Positions 18,230-32,354 of a stretch of 64,000 nucleotides of DNA are shown in pieces. The notes beneath the pieces were generated by a model that was not told the DNA's origin, did no database searches, and was given only the letters and a program-made list of their open reading frames with translations. The DNA lies in the NCBI RefSeq assembly GCF_009914755.1, contig NC_060933.1. One strand, given 5' to 3'. The position numbers were made by a program, and so were the translations under genes. This DNA comes from the human T2T-CHM13v2.0 reference genome, Homo sapiens. How positions within the stretch are numbered: the first letter of the stretch is position 1; each line of letters starts with the position of its first letter.

Positions 18230-19250
18230 GTTATGGTTGTATACAGTAAGAATTATAATAGAGGAAGTTATCTGGTGCTCCAGGAATTTAAATAAGAGAA
18301 GATATAAAGATCTCAGCCTTCGTATCAATATTTTAATTGGATCCTGAAAAATGAATGGAGATAGACAGAAAACAAGTAAAAAATGGTCTAAGCAGATGGA
18401 ATAGAAGGAGTAAAAGGAGAGTGATAGAAAAGTGTGTGTGTCTTTGAAGGAAGATAACCTGTTCTGGGTGTGGCTACAGCACAGGTTTGTGAAGGAAAAT
18501 GTTAAATGATTGAGGAGAATGTCTCTCAATATCAGTGATTTTGTATTTTACCCTTCAATGATGGGACATAAGTAAACAATTTTTAAAAGCATAGTGGGTG
18601 TGCGTGTATATAAATATATAGTATATATAGTATATAGAATGTCTATACTTATACTATATACATACATATAGTGTATATGTATATATGTATATATAGTATA
18701 TATATATACTTATTTTCATTCTAGATAGAAGTTTTTGAGATGCAGTTAGAAGAAAAAGTCAGAAAGAATAGTCAAGATTATTCCAGCAGTACAGGCATGA
18801 TGTGATGAATGACTAAATTAAAACATTAGCAGCAACACAGAAGAGAAATGGCAGAATAGAAAGGTAATTCAAGGTAGAAACAGCTGAACTTAATAATTCA
18901 TTTAGAAGGAAGAGTCAAGGTATAAATACTCCAAATTTTCTTGGCGACTGGCTTGATATTATCATCATTAGCTGAGATGGGCAATGCTTTAAAAGAAATA
19001 GATTTATTTGCCAAAATATAAAATGTGTTTATGGCTATGTCAAATTTGAGATGCAGGTGGTGAAGACAGAGGGGGAGAATCAGTTGATATTTTAAAATAT
19101 AGGTTTGAAACCTACAGGAAAATATTGGAGTAAAAAAAAATAAAGAAAATCAAACGTCAAAGGAAATGCTGGAAGTGTGGGAATGGATAAAAGGAGCACA
19201 GGAAAAGTGTGCAGAGCATTGTTACCCAAAGTGCTGTGGGAATTTTATAC
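18230..19250 (-). mobile_element. L2 fragments with an internal (TA)-rich tract (~18605-18708)
   Basis: L2-like gtttatggctatgtcaaatttgagatgc...cagttgatat; boundaries approximate. Confidence 0.5.
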
Positions 19251-19510
19251 ACATATGAATACAACTCGCAAAACACACAAATATTTTTGCTTCCCTGGAT
19301 CATTTACTGGAGTCTTTTACATACACATTCTGAAGTATAAGGTATGCAGAATTTTCTAAGCGTATCATACAATTCCATTCCAAGAATACATTTCAGGAAA
19401 ACTACTGTCAATCAGGGAAACATTGGTGCAGAATAGTAAGAAAAGAAATACCCATTAAGACTAGTAGTTACACAGTGGACATGAAAAAACTAGGCAGCAA
19501 GGAGTTATTA

Positions 19511-19849
<339 letters not shown>

Positions 19850-20065
19850 TGAAAGCATGGGGCCAACATTGAGTGGTCTTAAGGAAGTCAAGGTAGAAGG
19901 AAATTTAAAGAAGGAAATGAGAAGCAATGCAGAATGTTTAGAAAGTCAACTAGGAAGCTCCCATAAATATTCTCACTATGTATTATAGGGAATTCATTTA
20001 TAACTTCAAAAATACCACTCAAAAAAGATGGTAATTGTTGAAATGAGATTTCAATGGGTGAAAGA

Positions 20066-20439
<374 letters not shown>

Positions 20440-20534
20440 TTATGATTTTGGCTATAACTTGCTATGAATGGAAACAGCAACACACCACTGGATTTCAACT
20501 TTTGAGTGCTTAAGAAGGTGGAGATGGTGATTAA

Positions 20535-20565
<31 letters not shown>

Positions 20566-20599
20566 CTAAGTGTGTAATAGTTGCTAAGTGTGTGGTGTC

Positions 20600-20790
20600 T
20601 GAACCCAGGATATCAGGATGTCTGGAACTGGGATTGAATCCCAGCTCTTCCACTTTCTGGTTATGTGAGTGACTGTAGGCAAATTACTTAATCTTTTAAT
20701 GCTCCAGTTTCCCATATGTAAAATGAGAATTATAATAGTAAACTACTTCATGGCTTGTGAGGATGAAGTGCATGTAGAGTACTTAGTGAG
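20600..20790 (+). mobile_element. MIR
   Basis: ctgggattgaatcccagctcttccact...gtgactgtaggcaaattacttaatc...cagtttcccatatgtaaaatgagaat MIR core. Confidence 0.75.
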
Positions 20791-20902
20791 TTCTCTTTGC
20801 GTATTATGTATTAGTTTCAAAATGCAGATTCTAGAGCCCTTAGATTCTCATTCAATAGGTATGAGGCAAGCACGGGCCAGGATTCTGCATTCTTTAAGGA
20901 GG

Positions 20903-21371
20903 TGTAATTTCCTATATCTGCTGTGACAAAGTGGTTCACATTAGGTCGCTTAAAATGAGATAAAGTTATTCTTTTACGGTTCAGAAAGCTAGAAATCTTA
21001 AATGAAGGAGTTAGCAGTGCTGCATTTTTCTCTGAATGACCTGGAAAAAAATCCTTTCTTGCTTCTTCTAGCACCGGGTGATCACTGAGCTTCATTGTCA
21101 TTGCTTGGCTGGAGGATACCTCACTTTATTCTCTACCTCCATCCTCACATGGCCATCTCCTCCCTGCGTCTCTGTTTCCTCTTCCCTTCTTATGAGGATA
21201 TCAACCATATTGAATTATGGCCCACTCTAATGCATTATGAGCTCATCTAGCATATCATAATTATACAGCATCTGCAAATAATTTGATTTCAAATTAAGTC
21301 ATACTCACAGACATCAGGGGCTAGAACTCTAATATATATATTTTCTTTTTGAAGACACAATCTAACCCACA
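20903..21371 (-). mobile_element. MLT1-family MaLR LTR
   Basis: tgtaatttcctatatctgctgtgacaaag...cttaaaatgagataaagttattctttta...gacacaatctaacccaca. Confidence 0.7.
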
Positions 21372-22920
21372 AAAGGAGGGGAGCCGCTTAAGATCATAAA
21401 TAACTCAAGTAACAAGACTGTGTGTTTAAAATAGCATTTAAATTTCTCCAAATGGCAGACAGTTTAATTCAGATCAATACCAATCAGGAGATAAACAAGT
21501 GTTTGTCTCCTAATTGGCATTTACCTGAGATTAAAACATTATGGTAAAATACATTATCTTCAGTGATCTTTGGTTTAGGTGAGCATTCACAAGGCACACA
21601 GTTATTATCACTTGAGCCATCTCTCTCTAATAACTCTTTTCTAATCTGCTGGCCAACAATATCAGGTTCTTTCAAATCTCTGATTATCGGACCAAACCAT
21701 AAGGTCCTCCACGTGAATTGGTAGAAATATTTTTTACAAAGGTAAATGAAATTTTATTTACTTGATGGATTTCTCTTCTCCTTTGTACAAAGGGGTGACC
21801 CTTTGACAGCACAGGGAAAGAACATGATAGAAATAGACTTTCAGAAGGAAGGGCCTTCCATAACAAGGAATGCCATCTGTAATCCAGACTTTTTTCTCCT
21901 CAGGAATCCAGTCATAGGCAAATCTCTATGAATCACAGATAAATAGAAAGAAGGGTGGGAGTGTGTCAGGAGTAGGATGCTGAAAATGTGAGTAGCCTGT
22001 TCATTAATTGGTCCCTTGGAAACTGAGAAGGCAACGTGGCATACATGCAATTTCCATGGAATGATGGAAGACTGGTTGTAGTTACTATGATCCTATAATG
22101 CTCAGATGACAACGGGGTCACCCTTATTCATGACTGAGCATTCCTTCTTATTAGTATCCCAATGTGAAATTGTTTCTCAAAAAAGGAGGGGGCGGGTAAT
22201 TTTTGTACAAAAGGCTTTTACTCCAAAATAAAGTGGCTTGTACTGTATTTCTCCTCTGGAGCCTTGCCGCTGGCTCCATAGGAAAATTCTGCCTCTCATA
22301 GATACCTGAGGCATTGGATTCCCTAAACAAAATTGTAGATCCACTTGTACTGCAGGCCTCTGTAGTCCAAAACGTTTCTCTTTCTCTGAGTCCCACTCAC
22401 AGCTGACATCCTTCTTGACATTTGCATTTTATTTAGAATACACATCCAAATATGTTTTATGTTGCCTCTAACATTCAAAAGAGCCTCTAACAGTCTTCCT
22501 TTCCCTATCCCTTCCTTCCATTTGAAAGATGTTTTCTCCACATCACTTTCTACTGCATTCTTAGACTCCCTGAAGGTAGGAAACCCACATTTTTGTCATT
22601 GGCTCGATGTGTCTTTCCTGAAGTCTATGGTAGCTGCTATTTTTCTCTAGAGCATATCAACCGGATGCTGTCCATGTATTCCATAAGTTATGTCCGTTTG
22701 GCTAGTGACATGGCCAGGGTTCCTGAGTACAAAATTGTGACACAGACAAAAATAGTTATACTTCTACAGCTACATAGTGAAGACACTGTGCCTGGAAAAA
22801 GTAAGAAATTTCAGGTATTTACCATTTATTTAAGATACAGAAAAATAATTTGCCTAAATGTATAGCAGGAAAAGGAGATAAGTGTATTCACTAAAGCAAG
22901 GAGACTACATCTGGATTTTA

Positions 22921-23018
22921 AATGTGTGCCCTCAGATAGGATTCCAGTACACAGTGGCTGGATTCTGAGTGTTTGTCCCTCACACAGGATTACAGAACAC
23001 TGCTACGAGGTTCTGAAT
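22921..23018. repeat. Two 48-bp CER (D22Z3-type) satellite units
   Basis: tgccctcagataggattccagtacacagtggctggattctgagtgttt / gtccctcacacaggattacagaacactgctacgaggttctgaat match the 48-bp CER unit as I recall it. Confidence 0.75.
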
Positions 23019-25394
23019 GGAAAAGGAAATATCTTCACATAAAGACAAGAAAGAAGCATTCTGAGAAACTTCTTTGTGATGTGTGCATTCACCTCACAGA
23101 GTTGAACTTTTCTTTTGATTTAGCACTTTTGAAATACTCTTTTTGTAGTGTCTGCAAGTGGATATTTGGAGTGCTTTACATTCTATGGTGGAAAAGTAAA
23201 TATCTTCACATCAAAACCAGACAGAAGCATTCTGAGAAACTCCTCTGTCATCTATGCATTCATCTCACAGAGTTGAATGTTTCTCTTGATTGAGCAGTTC
23301 TGAAACACTGTTTTTGTAGAATCTGCAAGTGGATATTTTGAGTGCTTTGGGGCCTATGGTGGAAAAGGAAATATCTTCACATAAAAACTAGACAGAAACA
23401 TTCTGAGAAACTTCTTTGTGATGTGTGCATTCAACTCACAGAGTTGAAATATTCTTTTGATTGAGCAGTTTTGAAACACTCTTTTTGTAGTATCTGCAAA
23501 GTTGGAGGGCTTTGGGAATTCTAGAGGAAAGGGAAATATCTTCTCTTAAAAACTAGACAGAAGCATTCTGAGAAACTTCTTTGTGATGTGTGCATTCATC
23601 TCACAGAGCTGAACATTTCTTTTGATTGAGCAGCTTTGAAACACTCTTTTTGTAGAATCTGCAAGTGGACATTGGGAGCGATTTGAGGCCTATGGAGGAA
23701 AAGGAAACATCTTCACATAAAAACTACACAAATGCCTTCTGAGAAACTTCTTTGTGATGTGTGCATTCATCTCACAGAATTGAACCTTTCTTTTGATCGA
23801 ACAGTTTTGAAACACTTCTTTTGAAGGATCTGCATGTGGATATTTGGATCAGTTTGGGGCCTGTGGTGGAAAAGGAAATATCTTCAAATAAAAACTACAC
23901 AGAAGCATTCAGACAAACTTCTTTGCGATGTGTGCATTCAACTCACAGAGTTGAAAATATCTTTTGATTCAGCAGTTTTGAATCTCTCTTTTTGCAGAAT
24001 CTGCAGGTGGATATTTGGAGCCCTTTGAGGACTACTGTGGAAAAGCAAATATCCTCACATAAAAATTAACAGAAGCATTCTGTGAAACTACTTCGTGACG
24101 TGTGAATTCATCTCACAGGGATGAATTTATCTCATGAGTGAGCAGTTTTGAAACACTCTTTTTGTAGAATATGGAAGTGGATATTTGGAGCCCACTGAGG
24201 CCCACAGTGGTAAGGAAATATCTTCTCATAAAAACAACACAGAAGGATTCTGAGAAACTTCTTTGTGATGTGTGCATTCATCTCACAGGGTTGAAACTTT
24301 CTTTTCATTGAGCAGTTTTGAAACACCGTTTTTGTAGAATCTTCAAGTGGATATTTGGAGAACTTTGCCGCCTATTGTGGAAAAGGAAACATCTTCACAT
24401 AAAAACTACTCAGAAGCATTCTGAGAAACTTCTTTGTGATGTGGGCATTCAACTCACAGAGTTGAACCTATCTGTTGATTGAGCAGTTTAGAGTTTCTCT
24501 TTTTCTAGCATCTGCAAGAGGATATTTGGAGCCCAATGCGCCCTATGGTGGAAAAGGAAATATCTTCAATAAAAACTGCACAGAAACATTCCAAGAAACT
24601 TCTTCGTGATGTGTACATTCAAATCACTGAGTTGAACTTATCTTCTCAATGAGCAGTTTTGAATCTCTGGTTTTGTAGAATCTACAAGTGGATATTTGGA
24701 GCCATTTGTGCCCTATGGTGGAAAAGGAATTATCTTTAAATAAAACCACACAGAACCATTCAGACAAACTTCTTTGTGATGTATGCATTCAACTCACAAA
24801 GATGAACCTATCTTTTGATTGGGCAGTTTAGAATCTCTCTTTTGAAGAAACTGCAAGTGGATATTTGGAGCCCTTTGCGCTCTGTGTTGGAAAAGGAAAT
24901 ATCTTTAAATAAAAACAACACAGAAGTAGTCAGAGAAACTTCTTTGTGCTGTCTGCATTAAACTCAGAGAGTTGAAACTTCCTTTTGGTAGAGCAGTTTT
25001 GAAACACTCTTTTTGTAGAATCTGCAGGTGGATATTTGGAGCGCTTTGAGACCTATGGTAGAAAAGGAAATATGTTCATACAGAAACTAGATAGAAGCAT
25101 TCACAGAAACTACTTTGTGATGTGTGCATTCAACTCAAAGAGTTCAACATTCCTTTAGTCAGAGCAGTTTTGCAGCACTCTTTTTGTAGAATCTGCAAGT
25201 GGATACTTGGACTGCTCTGAGGCCTATGTTGGAAAAGGAAATATCATCACACAAAAACTAGACAGAAGCATTCTCAGAAACTTCTTTGTGATTTGTGCAT
25301 TCAACTCATGGAGTTCACCATTGCTCTTGACAGAACAGTTTTGAAACACTCTTTTTGTAGAATCTGCAAGTGGATATTTGGAGTGCTTTGAGGT

Positions 25395-25411
25395 CTTCGG
25401 TGGAAACGGGA
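25395..25411 (+). promoter_or_regulatory. CENP-B box (intact core)
   Basis: CTTCGGTGGAAACGGGA fits NTTCGNNNNANNCGGGN. Confidence 0.85.
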
Positions 25412-26077
25412 ATACCTTCACATAAACACTAGACAGAAGCATTCTCAGAAACTTCTTTGTGATGTGTGCATTCAATTCACAGAGTTGAACCTTCTTTTCG
25501 ATAGAGCAGTTTTGAGACACTGTTTTTGTATAATCTGCAAGTGGACATTTGGATCGCTCTTAGGCCTACGGTGGAAATGGAAATATTTTTAGATAAAAAC
25601 CAGAAAGAAGAATTCTCGGAAACTTCTTTGTGATGTGTGCATTCAACTCAGAGAGTTGAACCTTTCTTTTGATAGAGCAGGTTTGAAATACTTTTTTGTA
25701 GAATCTGCAAGTGGACATTTGCAGCGCTTTGAGGCCAATGGTAGAAAAGGAAATAACTTCACATAAAAACTAGACAGAAGCATTCTCAGAAACTTCTTTG
25801 TGATGTTTGCATTCAACTCACAGATTTGAACATACCTTATCATAGAGCAGTTTTGAAACACTCTTTTAGTAGACTTCGTAAGGGGATATTTGGACCGCTC
25901 TGAGGCCTTCACTGGAAACAGGAATACCTTCACATAAAGACTAGACAGAAGCATTCTCTGAAACCTCTTAGTGATGTGTGCATTCAACTCACAGAGTTGA
26001 ATTTTTCTTTTGATAGAGCAGGTTTGAAACACTCTTTTTGTAGAATCTGCAAGTGGATATTTGGATAGCTTTGAGGA

Positions 26078-26094
26078 TTTCGTTGGAAACGGGA
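26078..26094 (+). promoter_or_regulatory. CENP-B box (canonical)
   Basis: TTTCGTTGGAAACGGGA. Confidence 0.92.
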
Positions 26095-26248
26095 ATATCT
26101 TCAATTAAAAACTATACAGAAGCATTCTCAGAAACTTCTTTGTGATGTGTGCATTCAACTCACAGAGTTGAATCTTTCTTTTGATAGAGCAGATTGGAAC
26201 CACTTTTGTTGTAGTATTTGCAAGTGGATGTTTGGACAGCTTTGAGGC

Positions 26249-26265
26249 CTTCGTTGGAAACGGGT
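26249..26265 (+). promoter_or_regulatory. CENP-B box (intact core)
   Basis: CTTCGTTGGAAACGGGT. Confidence 0.88.
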
Positions 26266-28123
26266 ATCCCTTCACATAAAAACTACACAGAAGCATTCTC
26301 AGAAACTTCTTTGTGGTGCTTGCAATCAACTCACTGAGTTGAACATTCCTTTTCATAGAGTAGTTTTGAAACACTTTTTTTGTAGAATCTGTAAGTGGAA
26401 ACTTGGAGCGCTTTGAGGCCTATGGTGAAAAACGAAATATCTTCCCATAAAAACTAGACAGAAGAACTCTCAGAAACTTCGTGATGTGTGTACTCAATTA
26501 ACAGAGTTGAACTTTTCTTTTGATAGAGCTGTTTTGAAACACACTTTTTGTAAAATCTGCAAGTGCATATTTGGATATCTTTGAGGATTTCATTGGAAAC
26601 GGGATTATCTTCACATAAAAACCAGACAGAAGCATTCTCAGAAACCACTTTGTGATGTTTGCATTCAACTCTCAGAGTTGAACATTCCTTTTCATACAGA
26701 AGTTCTGAAACACTCTTTTTTTTGTATCTGGTAGTGGACATTTGGAGCGCTTTGAGGCCTATGGTAAAAAACGAAATATCCTCACATAAAAATGAGACAG
26801 AAGCATTCTCAGAAACTTCTTTGTCATGTGTGTACTCAACTCACAGAGTTTAACCTTTCTTTTGATACAGCACGTTTGAAACACTCCTTTTTAGAATCTG
26901 CAAGTGGATATTTAGATAGCTTTGAGGCTTTCGTTGTAAAGGGGAATATCTTCACGTAAAAACTAGACAGAAGCATTCTCAGAAACTTCTTTGTTATCTT
27001 TGCATTCCACTCACAGAGTTGAACATTCCCTTTCATAGAGCAGTTTTGAAACTCTCTTTTTGTGAAATCTGCATGTGGACATTTGGAGCGATTTGAGACC
27101 TATGGTGAAAAACGAAATATCTTCACCTAAAAAGTGGACGGAAGGATTCTCAGAAACTACTTTGTGACGTGTTTACTCAACTTACAGAGTTAAACCTTTC
27201 CTTTGAAAAGGCAGTTTTGAAAAACTGTTTTTGTAGACTTTACCAGTGGATATTAGGACAGCTTTGAGTATTTCATTGGAAACGGGAATAACTTCACATA
27301 GAAACTAGAGAGAAGCATTCTCAGAAACTTCTTTGTGATGCTTGCATTCAACTCACTGAGTTGAACATTCCTTTTCATAGAGCAGTTTGGAAACACAATT
27401 TTTGTAGTATATGGAAGTGGAAACTTGGAGCGCTTTGAGGCCTATGGTGAGAAAGGAAATATCTTCCATAAAAACTAGACAGAAGAATTCTCAGAAACTT
27501 CTTTGTGATGTGTGTACTCAACTCACAGAGTTGAACTTTTCTTTTGATAGAGCAGTTTTGAAACACACTTTTTGTAGAATCTGCAAGTGGATATATGGAT
27601 AGCTTTGAGGATTTTGTTGGAAACAGGAATATCTTCACATAAAAACAAGAGAGAAGCATTCTCAGAAACCTCTTTGTGATGTGTGTACTCAACTCACAGA
27701 GTTTAACATTTCTTTTGATACACCAGTTTGAAACAGTCTTTTTGTAGTATCTACAAGTGGATATTTGGATAGCTTGGCAGCTTTCATTGGAAACGGGAAT
27801 ATCTTCACATAAAAACTAGACAGAAGCATTCTCAGAAACTTCTTTTTGGTGCTTGCAATCAACTCAGTGAGTTGAATATTCCTTTTCACAGAGCAGTTTT
27901 AAGACACTCTTTTTGTCGAATCTGCAAATGGAAACTCGGAGGGCGTTGAGGACTATTGTGAAAAAGGAAATATCTTCCCATAAAAACTAGACAGAAGAAT
28001 TCTCAGAATCTTCCTTGTGATGTGTGTACTGAACTCACAGAGTTGAACCTTTCCTTTGATACAGCAGTTTTGAAACACTCTTTTTGTAGAATCTGCAAGT
28101 GGATATTTGGATAGCTTTGAGGT

Positions 28124-28140
28124 TTTCGTTAGAAACGGGA
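28124..28140 (+). promoter_or_regulatory. CENP-B box (intact core)
   Basis: TTTCGTTAGAAACGGGA. Confidence 0.85.
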
Positions 28141-29454
28141 ATATCTTCAGATAAAATCTAGACAGAAGCATTATCAGAAACGTCTTTGTGATGTTTGCAT
28201 TCAAGTCACAAAGTTGAACATTCGCTTTCATAGAGCAGGTTTGAAACACTCTTTTTGTAGTATCTGCAACTGGACATTTGGAGCGCTTTGTGGCCTATGG
28301 TGAAAAAGGAAATATCTTCCCATAAAAACTAGACAGAAGCATTCTCAGAAACTTGTTTGTGATGTGTGTACTCAACTGACAGAGTTGAACCTTTCTTTTG
28401 ATAGAGCAGTTTTGAAACACTCTTTTTGTAGAATCTGCAAGTGGATATTTGGATAGCTTTGAGGATTTCATTGGAAACAGGAATATCTTCATATAAAATC
28501 TAGACAGAAGCATTCTCAGAAACATCTCTGTGATGTTTGCATTCAAGTCACAGAGTTGAACATTCCCTTTCATAGAGCAGGTTTGAAACACTCTTTTTGT
28601 AGTATCTGGAAGTGCACATTTGGAGCGCATTGAGGCCTAAGGTGAAAAAGGAAATATCTTCCCATAAAAACTAGACAGAAGCATTCTCAGAAACTTGTTT
28701 AGGATGTGTGTACTCAACTAACAGAGTTGAAACTTTCTTTTGATAGAGCAAAACAGTAAATTGAAGTTTAAAATAATTGTAACAATTGCATCTTATATAT
28801 CAGGTGAGATTTCATAGTTTGGTTCAAGTAGTTTTCAAGTGACAAATTTTCAAGTTTTTAAGTTTTCAAGAGTTGTGCAAGTTCATCAGCCAGAAATCAA
28901 GCAAAAGGCTAGATAAGTAGCAGCAGGTGCAGGATTCTTGATATTGAAACTTTTAGGACTTTTCTCCTTCAGGATTCCAATGTTGTACATTTTATTTCCA
29001 GTATAACCCCTATGCATAGGATAAAGTAGTTTCACATGTTTGATTTTTCTAATTAGTTATTTGGGTTTCAAAATGTCCAGTTTATCAAAAAATCTTGTGC
29101 TGTGTACTGGGGACCATCTACTATAGCCTGATCATTGAATTTTTTCAAGAACCTAAGGGGTTCCCTAAGTCCAAGGAAGACAATCAGTGTCTACAAGTCA
29201 GGAGGAGAAGGGGAAAGGGCATTCTAATCATTGCTTTGTTTTCATTGATTCTGTTGCTGCTTTCTTGCCATTGAAACTACTCTTGCAGTCTGGTAATGAT
29301 TAACCTTTGCCACCAGGATGCCCTTTCTGTTTGAGATCCCTCAAACTTCATGTTGATCCATAAAAAGGCTTCAAAGTTACAACTATTTTTTTTAGTTCCC
29401 AGACTAACAAAAATAATCTAGCTTTTTGTCTTGACTACCAACCACTCTGGATTT

Positions 29455-29752
29455 TTTTTTTTTTTTTTTTTGAGATGGAGTCTCGCCCTGTCGCCCAGGC
29501 TAGAGTGGAGTGGCGTGATCTTGGCTCACATAACCTCCACCTCCCAGGTTCAAGCAATTCTCCTATCTCAGCCTCCGAAGTATCTGGGACTATAGGCACA
29601 CACCACCACGCCCGGCTAATTTTTGTATTTTCAGTAGAGATGGGGTTTCACCATGTTGGTCATGCTGCTCTTGAACTCCTGACCTCAGGTGATCCATCTG
29701 CCTTGGCCTCCCAAAGTGCTAGGATTACAGGCATGAGCCACCATGCCCGGCC
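29455..29752 (-). mobile_element. AluS, antisense
   Basis: Complete antisense Alu; TSD CACTCTGGATTT at 29443 and 29753. Confidence 0.95.
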
Positions 29753-29949
29753 CACTCTGGATTTAAGGACAGTTCTTCCTTCAATCAGCAGCCAAAGAGT
29801 CCTGATTCCTGATTCTAATTAAGAAGTTTAACTTGGTATTCTATTTCTGATGGAAGGATGGCTGAAAGAAGGGAGACTCAAACAACAGATGAAGGCAAAA
29901 TACTCTGTACTGAATTTTCAATGTAATCTTAAATTCTATGTTTAATTGA

Positions 29950-30171
<222 letters not shown>

Positions 30172-30879
30172 TAACTGCCTCATAAATACTGTTAATATAT
30201 TGAAAGTTTTGCCCTAGGCTTTTATTAAAGTCAACTATATAGAAAAAGTTTCTCCTATCTTGAGATGTATTATTAAAGACATCATCCCCAATAATATTCC
30301 ATATTCTCTGTTTAGGAACCCCAATTGTTTTCAAATTCAAGAATTCAGAGAAATCTACTTGTTACAAAAGAGTAGAATGGATAATGGGCACCACATCCTG
30401 AAGTGTATTTTAATAAAAATTCATGTAAGATGGTTCAAAATTTCATTAACTACTTTATATAAAAAGAAATGCCTGGGAGAATTCTGTTTCTAGCAGAGTG
30501 GCAGACTGATGCCTTGAACAACCCTCCTATTACAAAACTGAATACTCCACATGAAAACAAATCTTTTCAAATGCATTGTTAAGCTGTGAAGAGAATAACG
30601 AAAGTTCTAAGAAACCAAAATCTAAATGAAAACACAAGTCCAGGCAGGCACTGAAAACCTAAAAAAAAAAAAAAAAAAAAAAAACTGAAGAGGCCAATTG
30701 TTGGCAAGCATGTGGAACAGCAGGAACTCTTCAAGCTGCTGCTGGTGGCGGAGGCCAAGCCACTGTGCTCCCAGAACACAACACAGAAGCCTCCACACTG
30801 AAGCAGAGCACAGGTGCCCTGGAGTCTCCACCCCACCCAGGGATCCTCCAGCAGAAGTGGGTGTGCCCCTGCATACCTG

Positions 30880-31313
30880 CAAGTCCCATATGCAGACTTA
30901 CTGTTCAGGGCCGTGGGATAACAGCCAAAAATAGGAAATCATTTTACTCATCAATGGAAAAATGGTGACACAGTCATATAATGGAACTCAACAATGACGA
31001 TAAATCAATGTCTGCCATAGACAAGAACATGGATGTGTTCTGTAATACTGAACCAAAGAAGCCAGGCTAAATAGAATGTGCTGTATTTTATAGAAGTCAA
31101 AACCAGGCAGAACAAATCTACATCAGGAACTGGGAAAGTAGTTATTTTGTGGGTTGGGGCAGCAGTGCCTGGGAGAGGCCACAGGTCAAGGCTACTGCTT
31201 GGTCCAGGGCGTGGCAGCCTGGTGTGCTACAGTTCATCTAGATGCACACTTATGATTCGGGCACTCTTCTGTATGTACATTAACATTTCAATAAAAAGCT
31301 TATTAAAACATTA
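30880..31313 (+). mobile_element. Old L1M 3' UTR
   Basis: ataacagccaaaaataggaaatc...tagaagtcaaaaccaggcagaacaaatct...ttcaataaaaa. Confidence 0.6.
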
Positions 31314-31922
31314 AAGCTTTCAGAAAAATCCACATTGCTTTAGTAGAAATTAGCACATTAACGTTTAAAAAATACATGTATATGGTGGGGGGAAAAATAG
31401 TTCAAAAGAGTATCCAGTGAAAAGTTTAAGAGGGAGTGATGCCAGCTAAGGGCTGATCAATAGCCCCTTGCACTCATCCCCTGACAAAGACAGCCAAAGC
31501 AGCAAACAGCTATATTTTGATGAAAGTCACTAAAGGAGAGCCCCAGAGTGCATCAAGGAGTAGCAGAAATCCAGTAGAGCCCGGAAAACAGGACGGTCAC
31601 GTAAAGGAGGGAAGGAAACATCTGGCCCCCACCACCCATTCCCCCAGAGGGATCAGCCTGAAGCAGAGGGGATGTCTCCCTGCAGGGATAAGGAAGCAAG
31701 AGGGGCCCAGTAGCCCCAGCACTCCCCTCAGAGAAGGAACTGACATTGTGCCCCACCCCCATGGACCAGCTGCTGCTGCAACGTGCCCTCCTGGACCTGG
31801 ACCACTTCGGGAGCATGTCCCACCCAGGGTGAGCAGCCACCGCACCCTTCTTCCATCCTCAGGCTTTGTTGCTCTATATCACACCCACCTAGTGGCCCAC
31901 CACCCCCGAGCCGCTGTTACAC

Positions 31923-32354
31923 TGTCTTAGGCCATTTAGTGTGGCTGTAACAGAATACTTGAGACTCGGGGTAACTTATTCTATAAAAAAGGTTTATTTG
32001 GCTCACCCTGCTTGTGTCTGAAAAGTCCGAGATCAGGCAGCACAACTGGTGAGGGTCTTGTGCTGCTTCATCTCATGGGGAAAGTGGAAGACGAAACAGG
32101 TGTATGCAAGGGGCTCACATGGCAAGAGAGGAAACACAAGAGTCTAGGAAGCTGAACTCACTCTGATAACAATCCACTCCTGGTAACTAATCCAGTCCCA
32201 TGAAAAGGCATTAATCTATTCATAAAGGATCTGCCCTGTGACCCAAATAACTCCCACTAGGCCCCACCTCCCACACCACCACATTTGGAATCAAATTTCA
32301 AATGGATGAAATTTCAAATGGCTGGTGGGAACAAATGATGTCCACATCACAGCA
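31923..32354 (-). mobile_element. MST-family MaLR solo LTR
   Basis: TG...CA ends with perfect 5-bp TSD TACAC (31918-31922, 32355-32359); aggcattaatctattcat...ctcccactaggccccacctccc. Confidence 0.85.

Larger units (their letters stand above)
23019..28750. repeat. Alpha satellite island, ~33 monomers of ~171 bp, single orientation
   Basis: Recurring aaaactagacagaagcattctcagaaacttctttgtgatgtgtgcattcaactcacagagttgaac at ~171-bp spacing. Confidence 0.98.

Noticed and set aside
22098-22142. Small hairpin (aatgctcag...ctgagcatt) as a possible miRNA
   Set aside because: Only a 9-bp perfect stem; expected by chance and too short
22973-28630. Repeated KKFLRMLLSSF-type ORFs, and regular spacing resembling a CRISPR array
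   Set aside because: 171-bp alpha satellite monomers with no unique spacers; eukaryotic DNA, no cas genes
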